The position numbers and the translations under genes were made by a program. This document shows, in pieces, positions 30,726 through 40,524 of a stretch of 64,000 nucleotides of DNA; the stretch's first letter is position 1; every line of letters begins with the position of its first letter. Below the pieces are notes generated by a model that saw only the letters and a program-made list of their open reading frames with translations, had not been told where the DNA came from and ran no database searches. The DNA comes from a virus (taxonomy: Duplodnaviria; Caudoviricetes): positions 1 through 64,000 of the IMG/VR virus record IMGVR_UViG_3300027842_000093; one strand, written 5' to 3'.

Positions 30726-31310
30726 ATGCATAATACCAAAGTCGTATTATTGGCAGTTATCATTTCCTCAATCTTGACTTTTGGGATTGAAAAAATCATC
30801 AGCCTCTCTTACATAGCGAAAGAGTATTCTGCTACTCTTAAAGACCTTCGCTATTACAAAGAAGCGACGCTCCTTACGGACTGCCTTTACCGGGAGGGGA
30901 CACCAGTAAGCGCGAAAACTATTAAAGAAACGTTGGAAACTATTGACAAAACGTTGCCGAAGTATTTCCCCAACGGTCCTTACACTCGTGAAGATTTTGT
31001 AGCTATTGCGTGGCTTGAGTCAGGGTTCAATCAATTTGAAACGGGAACCCATGGAGAGAAGGGCATCTTCCAAATCATGCCGGATGAGTTTGAAGAGAAC
31101 AACATAAAGTTGAATAAGTACGACATCAGCACAAATGCTGAGCTTTGTATGACAGTATTGAAAGCAAAGTGGCAGAGGTACCCGGATTATAAAAGAGCGA
31201 TTATTGCGTACAATGGAGTCGTAAGGAATAAGAGAGGCAAGTGGTCTGAGAAGTATTGGAAGAGCTTTGAAAAGCGCAGGTCAGTTGTTGGAACGTTGTT
31301 TAACTCGTGA
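30726..31310 (+). CDS. membrane-anchored lytic transglycosylase (SLT domain)
   Basis: N-terminal TM segment; AIAWLESGF, GIFQIMP, AIIAYNG. Confidence 0.8.
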   Translation: MHNTKVVLLAVIISSILTFGIEKIISLSYIAKEYSATLKDLRYYKEATLLTDCLYREGTPVSAKTIKETLETIDKTLPKYFPNGPYTREDFVAIAWLESGFNQFETGTHGEKGIFQIMPDEFEENNIKLNKYDISTNAELCMTVLKAKWQRYPDYKRAIIAYNGVVRNKRGKWSEKYWKSFEKRRSVVGTLFNS

Positions 31311-31558
31311 TGCAATACCCAAAGTGCAAACATTGTAAGCACAGCAAAACGAAGCACGTTAATTTCTATAATGGTATGAAACTCTCTCTTACTTTATGTT
31401 TGGACTGCTATAATTATTTTAATAATGGGCCGACGTATGAGTGGGAATACGAAGATGGTCCAGAAGTAAATTCTGAAACGTTCAATTACTACCACAACTA
31501 TCATCCAGACAACCTTACGTACATTGAGAAGCTGGCAGAGCGTAGAGGGTTAGTGTGA
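31307..31558 (+). CDS. DNL-tag family Cys/His protein
   Basis: CKHCKHSKTKH...YHPDNLTYIEKLAERRGLV. Confidence 0.8.
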   Translation: MMQYPKCKHCKHSKTKHVNFYNGMKLSLTLCLDCYNYFNNGPTYEWEYEDGPEVNSETFNYYHNYHPDNLTYIEKLAERRGLV

Positions 31559-31764
31559 ACGACATTATTTGCAGGTGTGGGCATGAAAGAGAAAACCATC
31601 CGGGGGAACACCCCACAATTAAGTTTCAAGTTTGCAACGACTGTTTTATGAGGAATTTAAGGGCAAATCAGGGATTGAACGGCATTAAAAATTCTTGTCC
31701 CAAATATATCCCGGACAATTTGACGCACATTGAGATGTTGGCAGCGCAAAGAGGATTGGTATGA
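31555..31764 (+). CDS. DNL-tag family small CxCGH protein
   Basis: MNDIICRCGHERENH...YIPDNLTHIEMLAAQRGLV. Confidence 0.8.
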   Translation: MNDIICRCGHERENHPGEHPTIKFQVCNDCFMRNLRANQGLNGIKNSCPKYIPDNLTHIEMLAAQRGLV

Positions 31765-32312
31765 GTACATTTTGGCTTTCTGTTTTATTCTTCGCCATCG
31801 GTTTAATTGAGTTTGCCGTGGACCAGTATGAGAAGCTGGTATCGGTACGTCTTAAGATTTTCCCTACGCTTTTGTACAGCATCATAAACAACTCAATTGA
31901 CTTTCTTATGTATGTTTTTCTTTTCAGCATCTTAATTCAGTTCTGGGAAAATTGGCACCAAGGCGTTCACAACTACTACAAACTCATTCCTTTCGTTTTC
32001 TACACAATAGGAAAAATAGCTGGCACTGTGTTGGCCCTGTATATTTATTCCGAAACAAAGAAGCAGCGCGACAGAGAGAAAGCCTTTAAGTTGGCTGATA
32101 AGAAAGAGAAAAAGCCCAAAGGAAAGAAGAGAACAAAGAAGCAAAAGGCCAAAGATGACAAACACAACTCCGACGTAGCGGCTACGATGCTTGATGCGGT
32201 TGAGATTGAAGATTTAAAAAGCGAAGTTAGAGAAAGGGTTATTGAAAAAGCTACACAGCAAATCACTGAACGTGTAGATGAAGTATTCAATAGTGAGGGA
32301 GAATCAAAATGA
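31761..32312 (+). CDS. multi-pass membrane protein with charged tail
   Basis: About three hydrophobic segments, then a Lys/Glu-rich tail. Confidence 0.55.
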   Translation: MSTFWLSVLFFAIGLIEFAVDQYEKLVSVRLKIFPTLLYSIINNSIDFLMYVFLFSILIQFWENWHQGVHNYYKLIPFVFYTIGKIAGTVLALYIYSETKKQRDREKAFKLADKKEKKPKGKKRTKKQKAKDDKHNSDVAATMLDAVEIEDLKSEVRERVIEKATQQITERVDEVFNSEGESK

Positions 32313-32675
32313 GAACGATTAAAGCGTCTTTGAGAATCAATAAGAACGGCAGGTTGTATTGTACAGCCCACCAAACTTACAAGGTAGCCAGCCCTCCAAG
32401 GAACGGCTGTAAAATCTGTTGGGAACTATTTGATAAAAATATTGTGCAGCCCTCTCTGGATGCAATGATTGAAGATTTGGAAAAGGAATTAAAGAGAAGG
32501 AATACAAATGAATAAACCCAGAGGATATCGCCACATTCTTTCCGGCATCCTAAGAAATCCACCTTTCGTCAAACTTTATGTAAGTAAGAGACTAAAAGGG
32601 ACTATTTATTTTAAAAAAAGTGAATACCAATCTCTTCGTGAACAGCTATCAGCGTGGCTTCACAGGTACATTTAA

Positions 32676-33224
32676 ATGAACCCAATTAGAGCGCAGAGGA
32701 CGTGGAACGCACTGGCATCCAAATGGATAAGCGCCGTACCCTTTGGGAGGGGAACGCCACTTAGAAACTCAAGACGCAAGCAAGCTGGTGGTATAAAGAA
32801 AGGCGTACTTACTAATTTTATTCCAGTTGAGGTGGTGAACGCTATTACAGGTGAGGTAGCAAAGGGATACATGCGCGACCTCTCCATCAGGCGCTTAAGG
32901 AAATGGCTTTCCTATCACAACTATCGAGCCCAGGTGGAGCAGGTATTCTTTTCAAATAAAAATACGCTGCATCATCTCTCACCCAAAGAGATTGAAAACT
33001 TTCCAATCCTAGTTAAGCTTGGGAAGTATCAGGTGCCTTATTTAATTTCTTCCACTCGTTCCTCTTTGATTGTACGTGGCAGACAAACAATTACGCTTGA
33101 CTTGAGTGCGGTGGATAATTTAAAATACCTCGAAACCGTTGCAGATAGAAAGAGTATGATGATGTCCCTTCTTAATAAAATTAAGAGGACAAAGAAGCGC
33201 AAGAAAGCAAAGAATAAGAGATGA
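32676..33224 (+). CDS. basic protein with DNL tag
   Basis: AVDNLKYLETVADRK. Confidence 0.55.
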   Translation: MNPIRAQRTWNALASKWISAVPFGRGTPLRNSRRKQAGGIKKGVLTNFIPVEVVNAITGEVAKGYMRDLSIRRLRKWLSYHNYRAQVEQVFFSNKNTLHHLSPKEIENFPILVKLGKYQVPYLISSTRSSLIVRGRQTITLDLSAVDNLKYLETVADRKSMMMSLLNKIKRTKKRKKAKNKR

Positions 33225-33493
33225 CCGAATACCCAGAAGAATGGATTTGTAAAACGTGTGGGAACCAATTAAAAAACCACATAAAAAAAGGTTCTCCTGA
33301 TAAGGTTCCTGGTACTGGTGCTTTCGTGCCAGCCAAAAATGACTGGTGTTTTCCAAATTATGAACCAGGAGGAATTAGACAGACCTGGGCTTTTATTCCC
33401 CTAGATAATTTAACTTTAATTGAAACCCTGGCAAAAGAGGTGGGTATAACAGAAGAAATACCACAAGGCAACACCCCTAAAATAAACGAGTAG
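33221..33493 (+). CDS. DNL-tag family Cys/His protein
   Basis: YPEEWICKTCG...WCF...FIPLDNLTLIETLAKEVGI. Confidence 0.75.
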   Translation: MTEYPEEWICKTCGNQLKNHIKKGSPDKVPGTGAFVPAKNDWCFPNYEPGGIRQTWAFIPLDNLTLIETLAKEVGITEEIPQGNTPKINE

Positions 33494-33547
33494 GGTGGGC
33501 ATTTAAATAAGAGTTGGACAGTATAGATAGGCAGCAGGATTAAAATA

Positions 33548-33817
33548 ATGGGTAAAGGTAAGGCGCTAATAGGAGGAACCGAACGAAGTGAGGAGATTGT
33601 TTACCCTCCAGACTGGCCTTGCGTTCGTTGTAAGCGGCCCTTCTCTGAGCATGTTAAAATTGGTACGCCAGGGCAACAAATGGGTGGCGAACAAACCGCT
33701 ACCTACAATTGGTGCTTTACAGCGGATAATCCAAAAGCCGCAAATAGTTGGGATTTTAAACCAGTTGACAACCTCACTTACGTGGAGATGAAAGCAAATG
33801 GAAAAATATCCATCTGA
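33548..33817 (+). CDS. DNL-tag family Cys/His protein (paralog of 33221)
   Basis: YPPDWPCVRC...WCF...FKPVDNLTYVEMKANGKISI. Confidence 0.75.
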   Translation: MGKGKALIGGTERSEEIVYPPDWPCVRCKRPFSEHVKIGTPGQQMGGEQTATYNWCFTADNPKAANSWDFKPVDNLTYVEMKANGKISI

Positions 33818-33947
33818 TTGGCCGTGTAAGTGTGGGCATATTTCTCATATCCATTTCCTGGGTGAAGAATTATGCCGCTGCGTTTGGTACGAACCGATTG
33901 ACAATCTTTCTTATGTTGAATTGATGGCGAAGAAGAAATTAAAATGA
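33798..33947 (+). CDS. DNL-tag family small CxCGH protein (not in the ORF track)
   Basis: Manual translation: MEKYPSDWPCKCGHISHIHFLGEELCRCVWYEPIDNLSYVELMAKKKLK. Confidence 0.75.
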   Translation: MEKYPSDWPCKCGHISHIHFLGEELCRCVWYEPIDNLSYVELMAKKKLK

Positions 33948-34732
33948 TTAAAGGCACAATTGACAACACTCCTATTCTTAAAGTGTATTCTGTAGGGCTT
34001 ACCATTGGATTCTTTGTTGGGCTTGTTTTTGGGTACGCAATTTGGGGGTTGCGATGAATAAAGAAACTGTTATTAAAATTATTTTGATTGTTCTTGTGTC
34101 CCTTTGTTTCTACCAAGCTTGTAGGTGTTTGGCGTTTCACCCCAAGATTGAATACATCGATGACGGTGCTACTGTAAATTTAAAGTAGGACGTGTTATAA
34201 TAAAATAAAGGAGAAATAAAATGAAATTGGGATTCAAAGTAGGATTCATGACAACGCTGGGTGTGTTGACCGCATACGCTTTGTTTCAGCTTGGAGCGCA
34301 AGCATTGGTTACGTTTGTGTTGGCACCGTTAGTTAACTTGTTGGGACTGTAATGGAACGAATCATCCTTACCAAATCTGTTCAGCATATGTTCAAACCTC
34401 CGTATACTGGAACTTTAATTAGGCGGCAAGGTGGAGAACGCATTACGGTAATCAGGGATGGACGCAAGAGTAGAGAGACGTGGAGTTATAGATTGTGGAG
34501 GAAATTACCCAAATGAGATTCCATTTCATTTATCATGACGGTAGCGAACTTTTATTCGAAGCAAGCGAAGCGAGACATTTTACCGGGCACGTAGTTTTGA
34601 CCGATGCCAAACTTATAGAAAAAGTTGCAGGTAATTACGGTATGGACCTCATCCCAGAAGGGAAAGTATTCCCACGATTTAATCTCGCCCTCAATGGCAA
34701 TCTCTTGGGCATGTGGCCGGAGGAAGAAGATA

Positions 34733-35080
34733 ATGTCCAATAAACTTTATCGTGGTGTTCGTAAAGAGCATGTACCCAAAGTGTATGTGGATGCTGAAGA
34801 GCTTTCTTTAGATGCCGCTAAGAAATTGCGTCCATCTGAAGCTACCGTCGAATTTGGATATTTCGGCGATGGACCTTCGCAGACAAGTTTGGCAATCCTC
34901 TTAGATGCAACAGAAGACGAACAGAATTCATTAAAATACATGCACGAATTCAAAGCGGAGTTTATTGCCCCGGCAGATTACCAACTCGGTTTCACCATCC
35001 TCCAGTCCCAAATAAAATCGTGGATGGAAAAGAAGATTGCGGGTTCCAGTGGCTCTACTGGTTGGGCTTGGGGTATTTAA
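34733..35080 (+). CDS. DUF6166-like protein
   Basis: FGYFGDGPSQTSLAILLD...FKAEFIA. Confidence 0.6.
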   Translation: MSNKLYRGVRKEHVPKVYVDAEELSLDAAKKLRPSEATVEFGYFGDGPSQTSLAILLDATEDEQNSLKYMHEFKAEFIAPADYQLGFTILQSQIKSWMEKKIAGSSGSTGWAWGI

Positions 35081-35379
35081 TGCTGCGTGAGGTTGGAGTT
35101 GTGCTTGCAACTGGCGCTGTACTATTTGATTTTGCAAACTGGCAGAAACAAATCAGCAAGATACTAAGAACCAAACACAGCAGCCAGATTTCTTCTTCCG
35201 CTTTGATGGCAAAGATTGGGCATTACCTTTGTTCTGTTTCATCGCTTTTAATTTTTGCAAATTGGTTGGGTGCAGGAATGGAATGCGTAGCATTGCTGTG
35301 TTGTTTAATAACTTTTTCACTCGTCGTCAAATTTAAACCGAAGAATTGGAAATTGATAAATTTTAAAGGAGGACGGTAA
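35080..35379 (+). CDS. PQ-loop/SemiSWEET-like small membrane protein
   Basis: Three hydrophobic segments; QISKILRTKHSSQIS. Confidence 0.5.
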   Translation: MLREVGVVLATGAVLFDFANWQKQISKILRTKHSSQISSSALMAKIGHYLCSVSSLLIFANWLGAGMECVALLCCLITFSLVVKFKPKNWKLINFKGGR

Positions 35380-35524
35380 ATATGAAAAACATTGGTGCAG
35401 CGGTACTTATTATCTTGGGATTGGCAGTGGTTGGGTTGTTAACCTTTGGAGCAGTGAAAGCAACAGCAGAATTGAGTAGGGTGATTGCTGAAGGTATCAG
35501 CAACATTTACGCAGTGGGAGAATA

Positions 35525-36046
35525 ATGAATATTTTGTTTCTCGATTTTGATGGTGTTTTAAATTCCAAGCAACACTTTCTTATGGACGAGGAGAAAGAAC
35601 TTCCTGGGCAAGAGACACTTATTATGGCTGACTTCGAATTTATGAAATCTGGAATCAACGCAAACAACATGTGGTGCTTGAAGTACATCCTAAATAACGT
35701 TCCAGATTTGAAGATTGTTCTTTCTACTTCCTGGCGCACTCATTTTGAGATTGAACAATTCAAGGAGTTGTTCAAACATTATGGGTTGGATGGAGAACGG
35801 ATTATTGGTAAGACACCAAAGAAATTCTCATCTGAAAGAATGCATGAGATTCATTTGTGGCTTGAAGACAATAAAGATGTAAAGAAATGGATAGCTTTGG
35901 ACGACCATGCGGTGTTCAACCTGGAAGACCCTGACAAACAGAATGAAGTGTTGACGGATAGCTGGAATGGGTTGACGATGAATGAAGCATTCAAAATCAT
36001 TAAGCATTTTAAGCCTGATTTTGAAGAGCCAGTCCTTTACATTTAA
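35525..36046 (+). CDS. HAD-family phosphatase (RNA-repair-associated type)
   Basis: ILFLDFDGVLN, IVLSTSWR, RMHEIHLWL, IALDD, GLT. Confidence 0.85.
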   Translation: MNILFLDFDGVLNSKQHFLMDEEKELPGQETLIMADFEFMKSGINANNMWCLKYILNNVPDLKIVLSTSWRTHFEIEQFKELFKHYGLDGERIIGKTPKKFSSERMHEIHLWLEDNKDVKKWIALDDHAVFNLEDPDKQNEVLTDSWNGLTMNEAFKIIKHFKPDFEEPVLYI

Positions 36047-36049
36047 CCC

Positions 36050-36078
36050 TTGATTTCGTCCCCTTTTTCTGCTACACT
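36050..36078 (+). promoter_or_regulatory. sigma70-type promoter (leaderless gene follows)
   Basis: AACCC-TTGATT-N17-TACACT with TG; ATG at 36084. Confidence 0.7.
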
Positions 36079-36083
36079 GTATT

Positions 36084-36794
36084 ATGAGAATTGTTAAAAT
36101 GCTTTCATTTCTAACCCTTTTATCTGCCTTATTTGGATGCGAAAAAACCACTCCAAACATCCCTATTGTGATTGTGGCGGGACAGAGTAATGCGGTAGGT
36201 TTTGGGCAGCACACTCCATCACCTGCCAATCCTAAAATTATCTGGCGTGGGTTGGATTTCCCAAGAGGTATCGGAGTTTCCTTCGCTGAAGCTTATTTGC
36301 AAAGGACTCTTCAATCTAAAATAATTGTGGTTCAATGTGCGGTAGGCGGAACAAGTATTGAGCAATGGCAACCAGGGAGTGTCTTGTACGAGCAGTGCTT
36401 ACAAATAGTTGGGCAGGTTAAGAAAGAGTATCCGACCTCCTACATCGCCACAATCCTTTTCTGGCAGGGAGAAGCGGATACCCAATTCCTTAACATTCCG
36501 TGGGCGGATAAGTTTACGAATGTCGTAAGGGCATTTCGATACGACTTACAGATTAAAAATCTACCAGTGGTTTTCTGTCAGATTCACAACCACGCTGAAG
36601 AATCTACTTACCCCTCTTGGGCTGAAATTCAAAAGGAACAAGCTTCTGTATCACTGCCTTTCGTTACGATGGTAGGGACCTCTGATACTCAGATGGCAGA
36701 TTCATTGCACGTAGGACCGCAGGGTTTGGTTGTGGTGGGGCGTAGAATGGCCGCTGCTTATTTCAGGCTGTTTACTAATTTGTGCGGTTGTTAA
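36084..36794 (+). CDS. SASA-family carbohydrate O-acetylesterase, predicted lipoprotein
   Basis: Signal peptide with lipobox-like LFGC; AGQSNA, AVGGTSI, FWQGEAD, DSLH. Confidence 0.85.
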   Translation: MRIVKMLSFLTLLSALFGCEKTTPNIPIVIVAGQSNAVGFGQHTPSPANPKIIWRGLDFPRGIGVSFAEAYLQRTLQSKIIVVQCAVGGTSIEQWQPGSVLYEQCLQIVGQVKKEYPTSYIATILFWQGEADTQFLNIPWADKFTNVVRAFRYDLQIKNLPVVFCQIHNHAEESTYPSWAEIQKEQASVSLPFVTMVGTSDTQMADSLHVGPQGLVVVGRRMAAAYFRLFTNLCGC

Positions 36795-36802
36795 AATAAC
36801 CC

Positions 36803-36831
36803 TTGACAAGAATGGGTTCTCCTGCTATACT
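36803..36831 (+). promoter_or_regulatory. sigma70-type promoter driving the non-coding locus
   Basis: AACCC-TTGACA-N17-TATACT with TG; no ORF of 60 aa or more in the next 620 nt. Confidence 0.85.
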
Positions 36832-36836
36832 AAGTT

Positions 36837-36920
36837 TGAGGGACGGTTAGCTGGTTCGAGTCCAGCCTTGGGGCCTTTGGGAACCAAAAGTAATCTTAGA
36901 AGGTAAAGATGGCCCTCACA
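36837..36920 (+). ncRNA. circularly permuted tRNA-like RNA (Y RNA/YrlA-like topology)
   Basis: Closing stem TGAGGG/CCCTCA; T-arm GCTGG-TTCGAGT-CCAGC comes first, then an imperfect closed hairpin, then TA plus D-arm ATCTT-AGAAGGTA-AAGAT. Confidence 0.6.
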
Positions 36921-36939
36921 AATTTAGAAGTTCTTTGAA

Positions 36940-37430
36940 AGATTTGGCTCAGCGTTTGCGGTGGAGATAACTTCATACTTGCGCTGCTAAAAGGGTTTGA
37001 TCAACCCATCCTGAAAGAAGAACCGCTAGGGTTAGCTTTAGAGCCAGCAAATCTACCAGTAGGTAGACACCAGCGTAATATGCGTGTAAGTGGGCCACTC
37101 TTATAATTGAAGGCCCATTGAAAGGGATGAACTAGTTAAATTCCACAGGTGATATATCAATTTGATTCTGCGGTAGGAGTACGATCCATATACCGTTGCT
37201 AGACGTGTAAAACAGGGAACTTTCGTACAAAGCAAAGACGTTTAATAAGCAGACGACCTGTTCAGAATCATTAATTCTCGACCAACTCAAAAGGGTCGTT
37301 CAGGGGCATAGCTCACCCCGCCTATCAGTAATGGTAACGCATGATGAGCTACAATATCTGGTGAAGATGCGGCCTAATGACCCGCCCCTCGTCCATGACT
37401 TGGGTAGTTCAAGAATCATAGAACGTCACT
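36940..37430 (+). ncRNA. large structured non-coding RNA, class unknown
   Basis: ORF-free, with at least 10 nested complementary segments (listed in findings). Confidence 0.6.
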
Positions 37431-37452
37431 AACAATTTAGAAAGGATTACAA

Positions 37453-37794
37453 ATGAATAAATTTATTCGAATAGCTATCTGGGCATTCATCGTAAGTATC
37501 TTGGCTTCTGGCATTGCTCTAACTAAAAGGGCATTTGCTGAGGATGTCAACGTTCTGTCACGTCAGTACAATCTTCTATTCACTGAGCTTCTTGTTAAGA
37601 AAGTAAAAACCATTGACAAGGGTTCTCCGGTTGTGATATATTTTAAAGATGGTTCAGAGGTAGCTGGCATTTACAAGGGTTACAGTGGATACGATGATTC
37701 TCTTTGGATAAAAGTTTATGGGGACTGGTTGCAGAGTGGATACGATTTGAATGAGTTGCAGGATGTAAGAGTGAAAGCAAAGGAGCCAGTGTGA
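37453..37794 (+). CDS. secreted/membrane hypothetical protein
   Basis: Signal-peptide-like N-terminus; AAGGA RBS. Confidence 0.5.
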   Translation: MNKFIRIAIWAFIVSILASGIALTKRAFAEDVNVLSRQYNLLFTELLVKKVKTIDKGSPVVIYFKDGSEVAGIYKGYSGYDDSLWIKVYGDWLQSGYDLNELQDVRVKAKEPV

Positions 37795-38105
37795 TAAATT
37801 TTTTAATTGTTATTAATCTATTTTTTGGATGCTTGGATATTTATTTTCATAATTACAGTTTAGCCGCATTTAATCTTGGTGCATTCCTGTGGTTAATTTC
37901 ATGAACAACCCTTGCGAATTCATTAAAGGTATTCACGACGACCCTTTCAGGCTTGTTAAGAATTTGACAGTGAAAGAGTATTACGCTTTGAAGGAACATG
38001 TAACTGGCTGTTCCGAATGCACAAGGCTCCTGGATGATTTGGATGAGAAGTACAAAGACACTGCTCCAGGTAGCAGTGAATGGGACCAAACGAGGTACAA
38101 TTAAA

Positions 38106-38321
38106 ATGGCTGACATGCAAAAGGTGGCAAGCTCAAACATCGGGTCAATTGGTTACGACAAATCCTCTTGTACCCTTTACGTTCAATTCACATCTGGTGG
38201 ATTATACAAAGTGGCTGATGTCGATGAGGGTGTGTTCGACCGATTTAAGTTGGCTAAGAGTAAGGGAAAGTTTTTCAACCAAGAAATAAAGCCGAGCTAT
38301 AAAGTAGAAAAGGTATCGTGA
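38106..38321 (+). CDS. KTSC domain protein
   Basis: VASSNIGSIGYD...LYVQFTSGGLY...AKSKGKFFNQEIK. Confidence 0.9.
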   Translation: MADMQKVASSNIGSIGYDKSSCTLYVQFTSGGLYKVADVDEGVFDRFKLAKSKGKFFNQEIKPSYKVEKVS

Positions 38322-38675
38322 ACACGGAACTCGCTTGTACAAAAAAGCGCAAGTATAAAACTAAAGAACTTGCTACAATCGCTGGAGCATACCAGGAACT
38401 AAGGACGCCAAACAAGCTAAGGGTATATCAGTGCCCACGTTGCAATCAGTGGCACTTGACAAAGACTGATCACGCATTTAAGAAGGCAGGTATATTGTGA
38501 CGCCCTGCATAATGTGCCACAAAGAATTTGAAAAAGCTCAATTAGATTTTCTGGAACGCTGTGATGATTGTTTTAAATTGTACATGACGATGCCCGAAGC
38601 AGACAGACCAAAGCTGGGCGTTCCATTCGTGCCTATTTATAACGGTAAAGACAAATACGGATTTTAGAGAATAAC

Positions 38676-39806
38676 ATGCAAGATCCTCGCAGCTATTTTT
38701 CAGACAATCAATTATTTGATTTGGAAACGCTTAAGCAACATTGTGAACATCATGGTGTTTGGTCCAACACGTCCGAACGATTTCCCAATCTTACTCTGCT
38801 CAAGTATAAAGACGAAGTGCAATGGGGGGACAAACCCTGGACCTCGTTTGCCAGAATGTCCAGGGGGCTTGTAGTTGATATGAAGAATCAAACTATTTTA
38901 GCGCATGGATTTAACAAATTCTTCAATATAAATCAGCAGCCAGAAACCAATTACGAAATCCTGAAAGACCAGAAGGGATTCGAAGTGTCAGAAAAGCTAG
39001 ATGGTTCGTGTCTTGTATCATTTTTGAATCCGAATGACAACCAGTTTTACCTCACCACAACTGGTTCTTTTGATTCTGAGCATGGGAAGGTAGGCACCGA
39101 GCTTTTCAGGCAAATGCTGTGTTGCCCTAAAATAGCCGCTTATGCGGCCATGGGAACGTTCATCTTTGAATTAATCGATGCGAGATTTCGTATCGTTATT
39201 AATTATCGAGCCAAAGGATACGAAGACGGCCTGTATCTCATTGGGTACAGGACCAGGGAAGGTCGCTTGCTTACCTACGCTGAGGTGCAGGAATTAGCCA
39301 CCCAGCTTGCCCTACCTTGCATGAACACCTACGCTTTCGAGTCCTTGGACCAACTCATAGAAAAGACGAAGGAATTGCCTTTATCGGAGGAGGGTTACGT
39401 TTTGCGTTATCCTGATGGGTTAATGGTTAAAATTAAGGGAACTGCCTACCTCCAGGCTCACAGGTTTGTTAGCCAACTCTCTGACAAGCACCTTCTTGAA
39501 TCTTTGATAGAGGGCGTTGAAGACCCCTTAATTGAAATCTGCCCAGATGAATTCCGCCAGGAAGTAGTTGAGAAGATCACTTATTTTAAATTACGCAAGC
39601 TCGACATTTTGAATCAGTGTTACAAATACTTTGCTGAAGCTCCAAAAGAAGATAGAAAGACATTTGCCCTGTGGGTAATTAAAAATGTGAAGCCGAGTTT
39701 GAAGGGCTGCTTATTTCAATTGATTGATTGCAAGCCGTTGAAAGATAAGGACTTGTATGGTATAATTGAAAGAACGGAGAAGCCGAGTACGGTGACAAGA
39801 ATATGA
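38676..39806 (+). CDS. T4 Rnl1-like RNA ligase
   Basis: SRGLV, FNKFFN, motif I SEKLDGS, FIFEL, EEGYVL, MVKIKG. Confidence 0.88.
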   Translation: MQDPRSYFSDNQLFDLETLKQHCEHHGVWSNTSERFPNLTLLKYKDEVQWGDKPWTSFARMSRGLVVDMKNQTILAHGFNKFFNINQQPETNYEILKDQKGFEVSEKLDGSCLVSFLNPNDNQFYLTTTGSFDSEHGKVGTELFRQMLCCPKIAAYAAMGTFIFELIDARFRIVINYRAKGYEDGLYLIGYRTREGRLLTYAEVQELATQLALPCMNTYAFESLDQLIEKTKELPLSEEGYVLRYPDGLMVKIKGTAYLQAHRFVSQLSDKHLLESLIEGVEDPLIEICPDEFRQEVVEKITYFKLRKLDILNQCYKYFAEAPKEDRKTFALWVIKNVKPSLKGCLFQLIDCKPLKDKDLYGIIERTEKPSTVTRI

Positions 39807-40524
39807 AAAAACAATTATTGTTGGGGTTGGTTTTAATTCAGATAAGCAGCAATGCTTTTCCTTTTTGTCTGCGGTCCCCCGAAGGAAGAGAAGAATGTAC
39901 TCCAGAGCCAGTTACCGTTTTGCCCGCTAAAAAAGCAAGGGACATTATAATGAACACTGTGTACAAGAAACACGAAAAGGCAATTGATTGGTGGGTTACA
40001 GAAATAAATAAGAAAATTATACATGAGTCCGATTTCCCAAGTGCCAGTGTTACAGTTGATATCACAGCAGCAAGCGATGAAGTTCAGAGATATTTACAGA
40101 TGGCGTATGAACGTGAAGGGTACACTGCCCAAATAATGGGAAACCATTGGCGTCACCATCCATACTACGATAAGAATGTGGAGCCGCACTATTATTTGGG
40201 ATTGTCGTGGTAATATGAAAGCGATAAATAAAAAACAATTTTCCCACAAAGATATGAATTCTGCCAGGAAGCGCGGTGTTGTGGCTGGATTGGTATTGGC
40301 AACCGACCTTGTGTATGCAGAACAAAAGAAAGCTGCGAGGAAAGGATTGCAAACAAACGCTTTAGATATTTTGGACGCTATTCAAAAAGCTCTGGATGAA
40401 ACACGAGGACCGATAAAGTTATGAAAATAGTTCCAGAGATAGCTTGTCCAGACCACGGTAGGAAATGGAAGCCGGAGATTTGTGAAAATTGTGCTGTGAT
40501 CGTTAAATATTTTAGGGAGAGTAG

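Noticed and set aside
19346-33905. TTGACAA within several DNL codon runs (19346, about 21732, 25998, 33765, 33898) as -35 boxes
   Set aside because: No convincing -10 hexamer at 17-nt spacing where checked; best explained by the xDN codons.
36837-36920. Canonical tRNA gene
   Set aside because: The T-arm precedes the D-arm and there is no anticodon loop, 7-bp acceptor stem or CCA. Kept only as a tRNA-like RNA.
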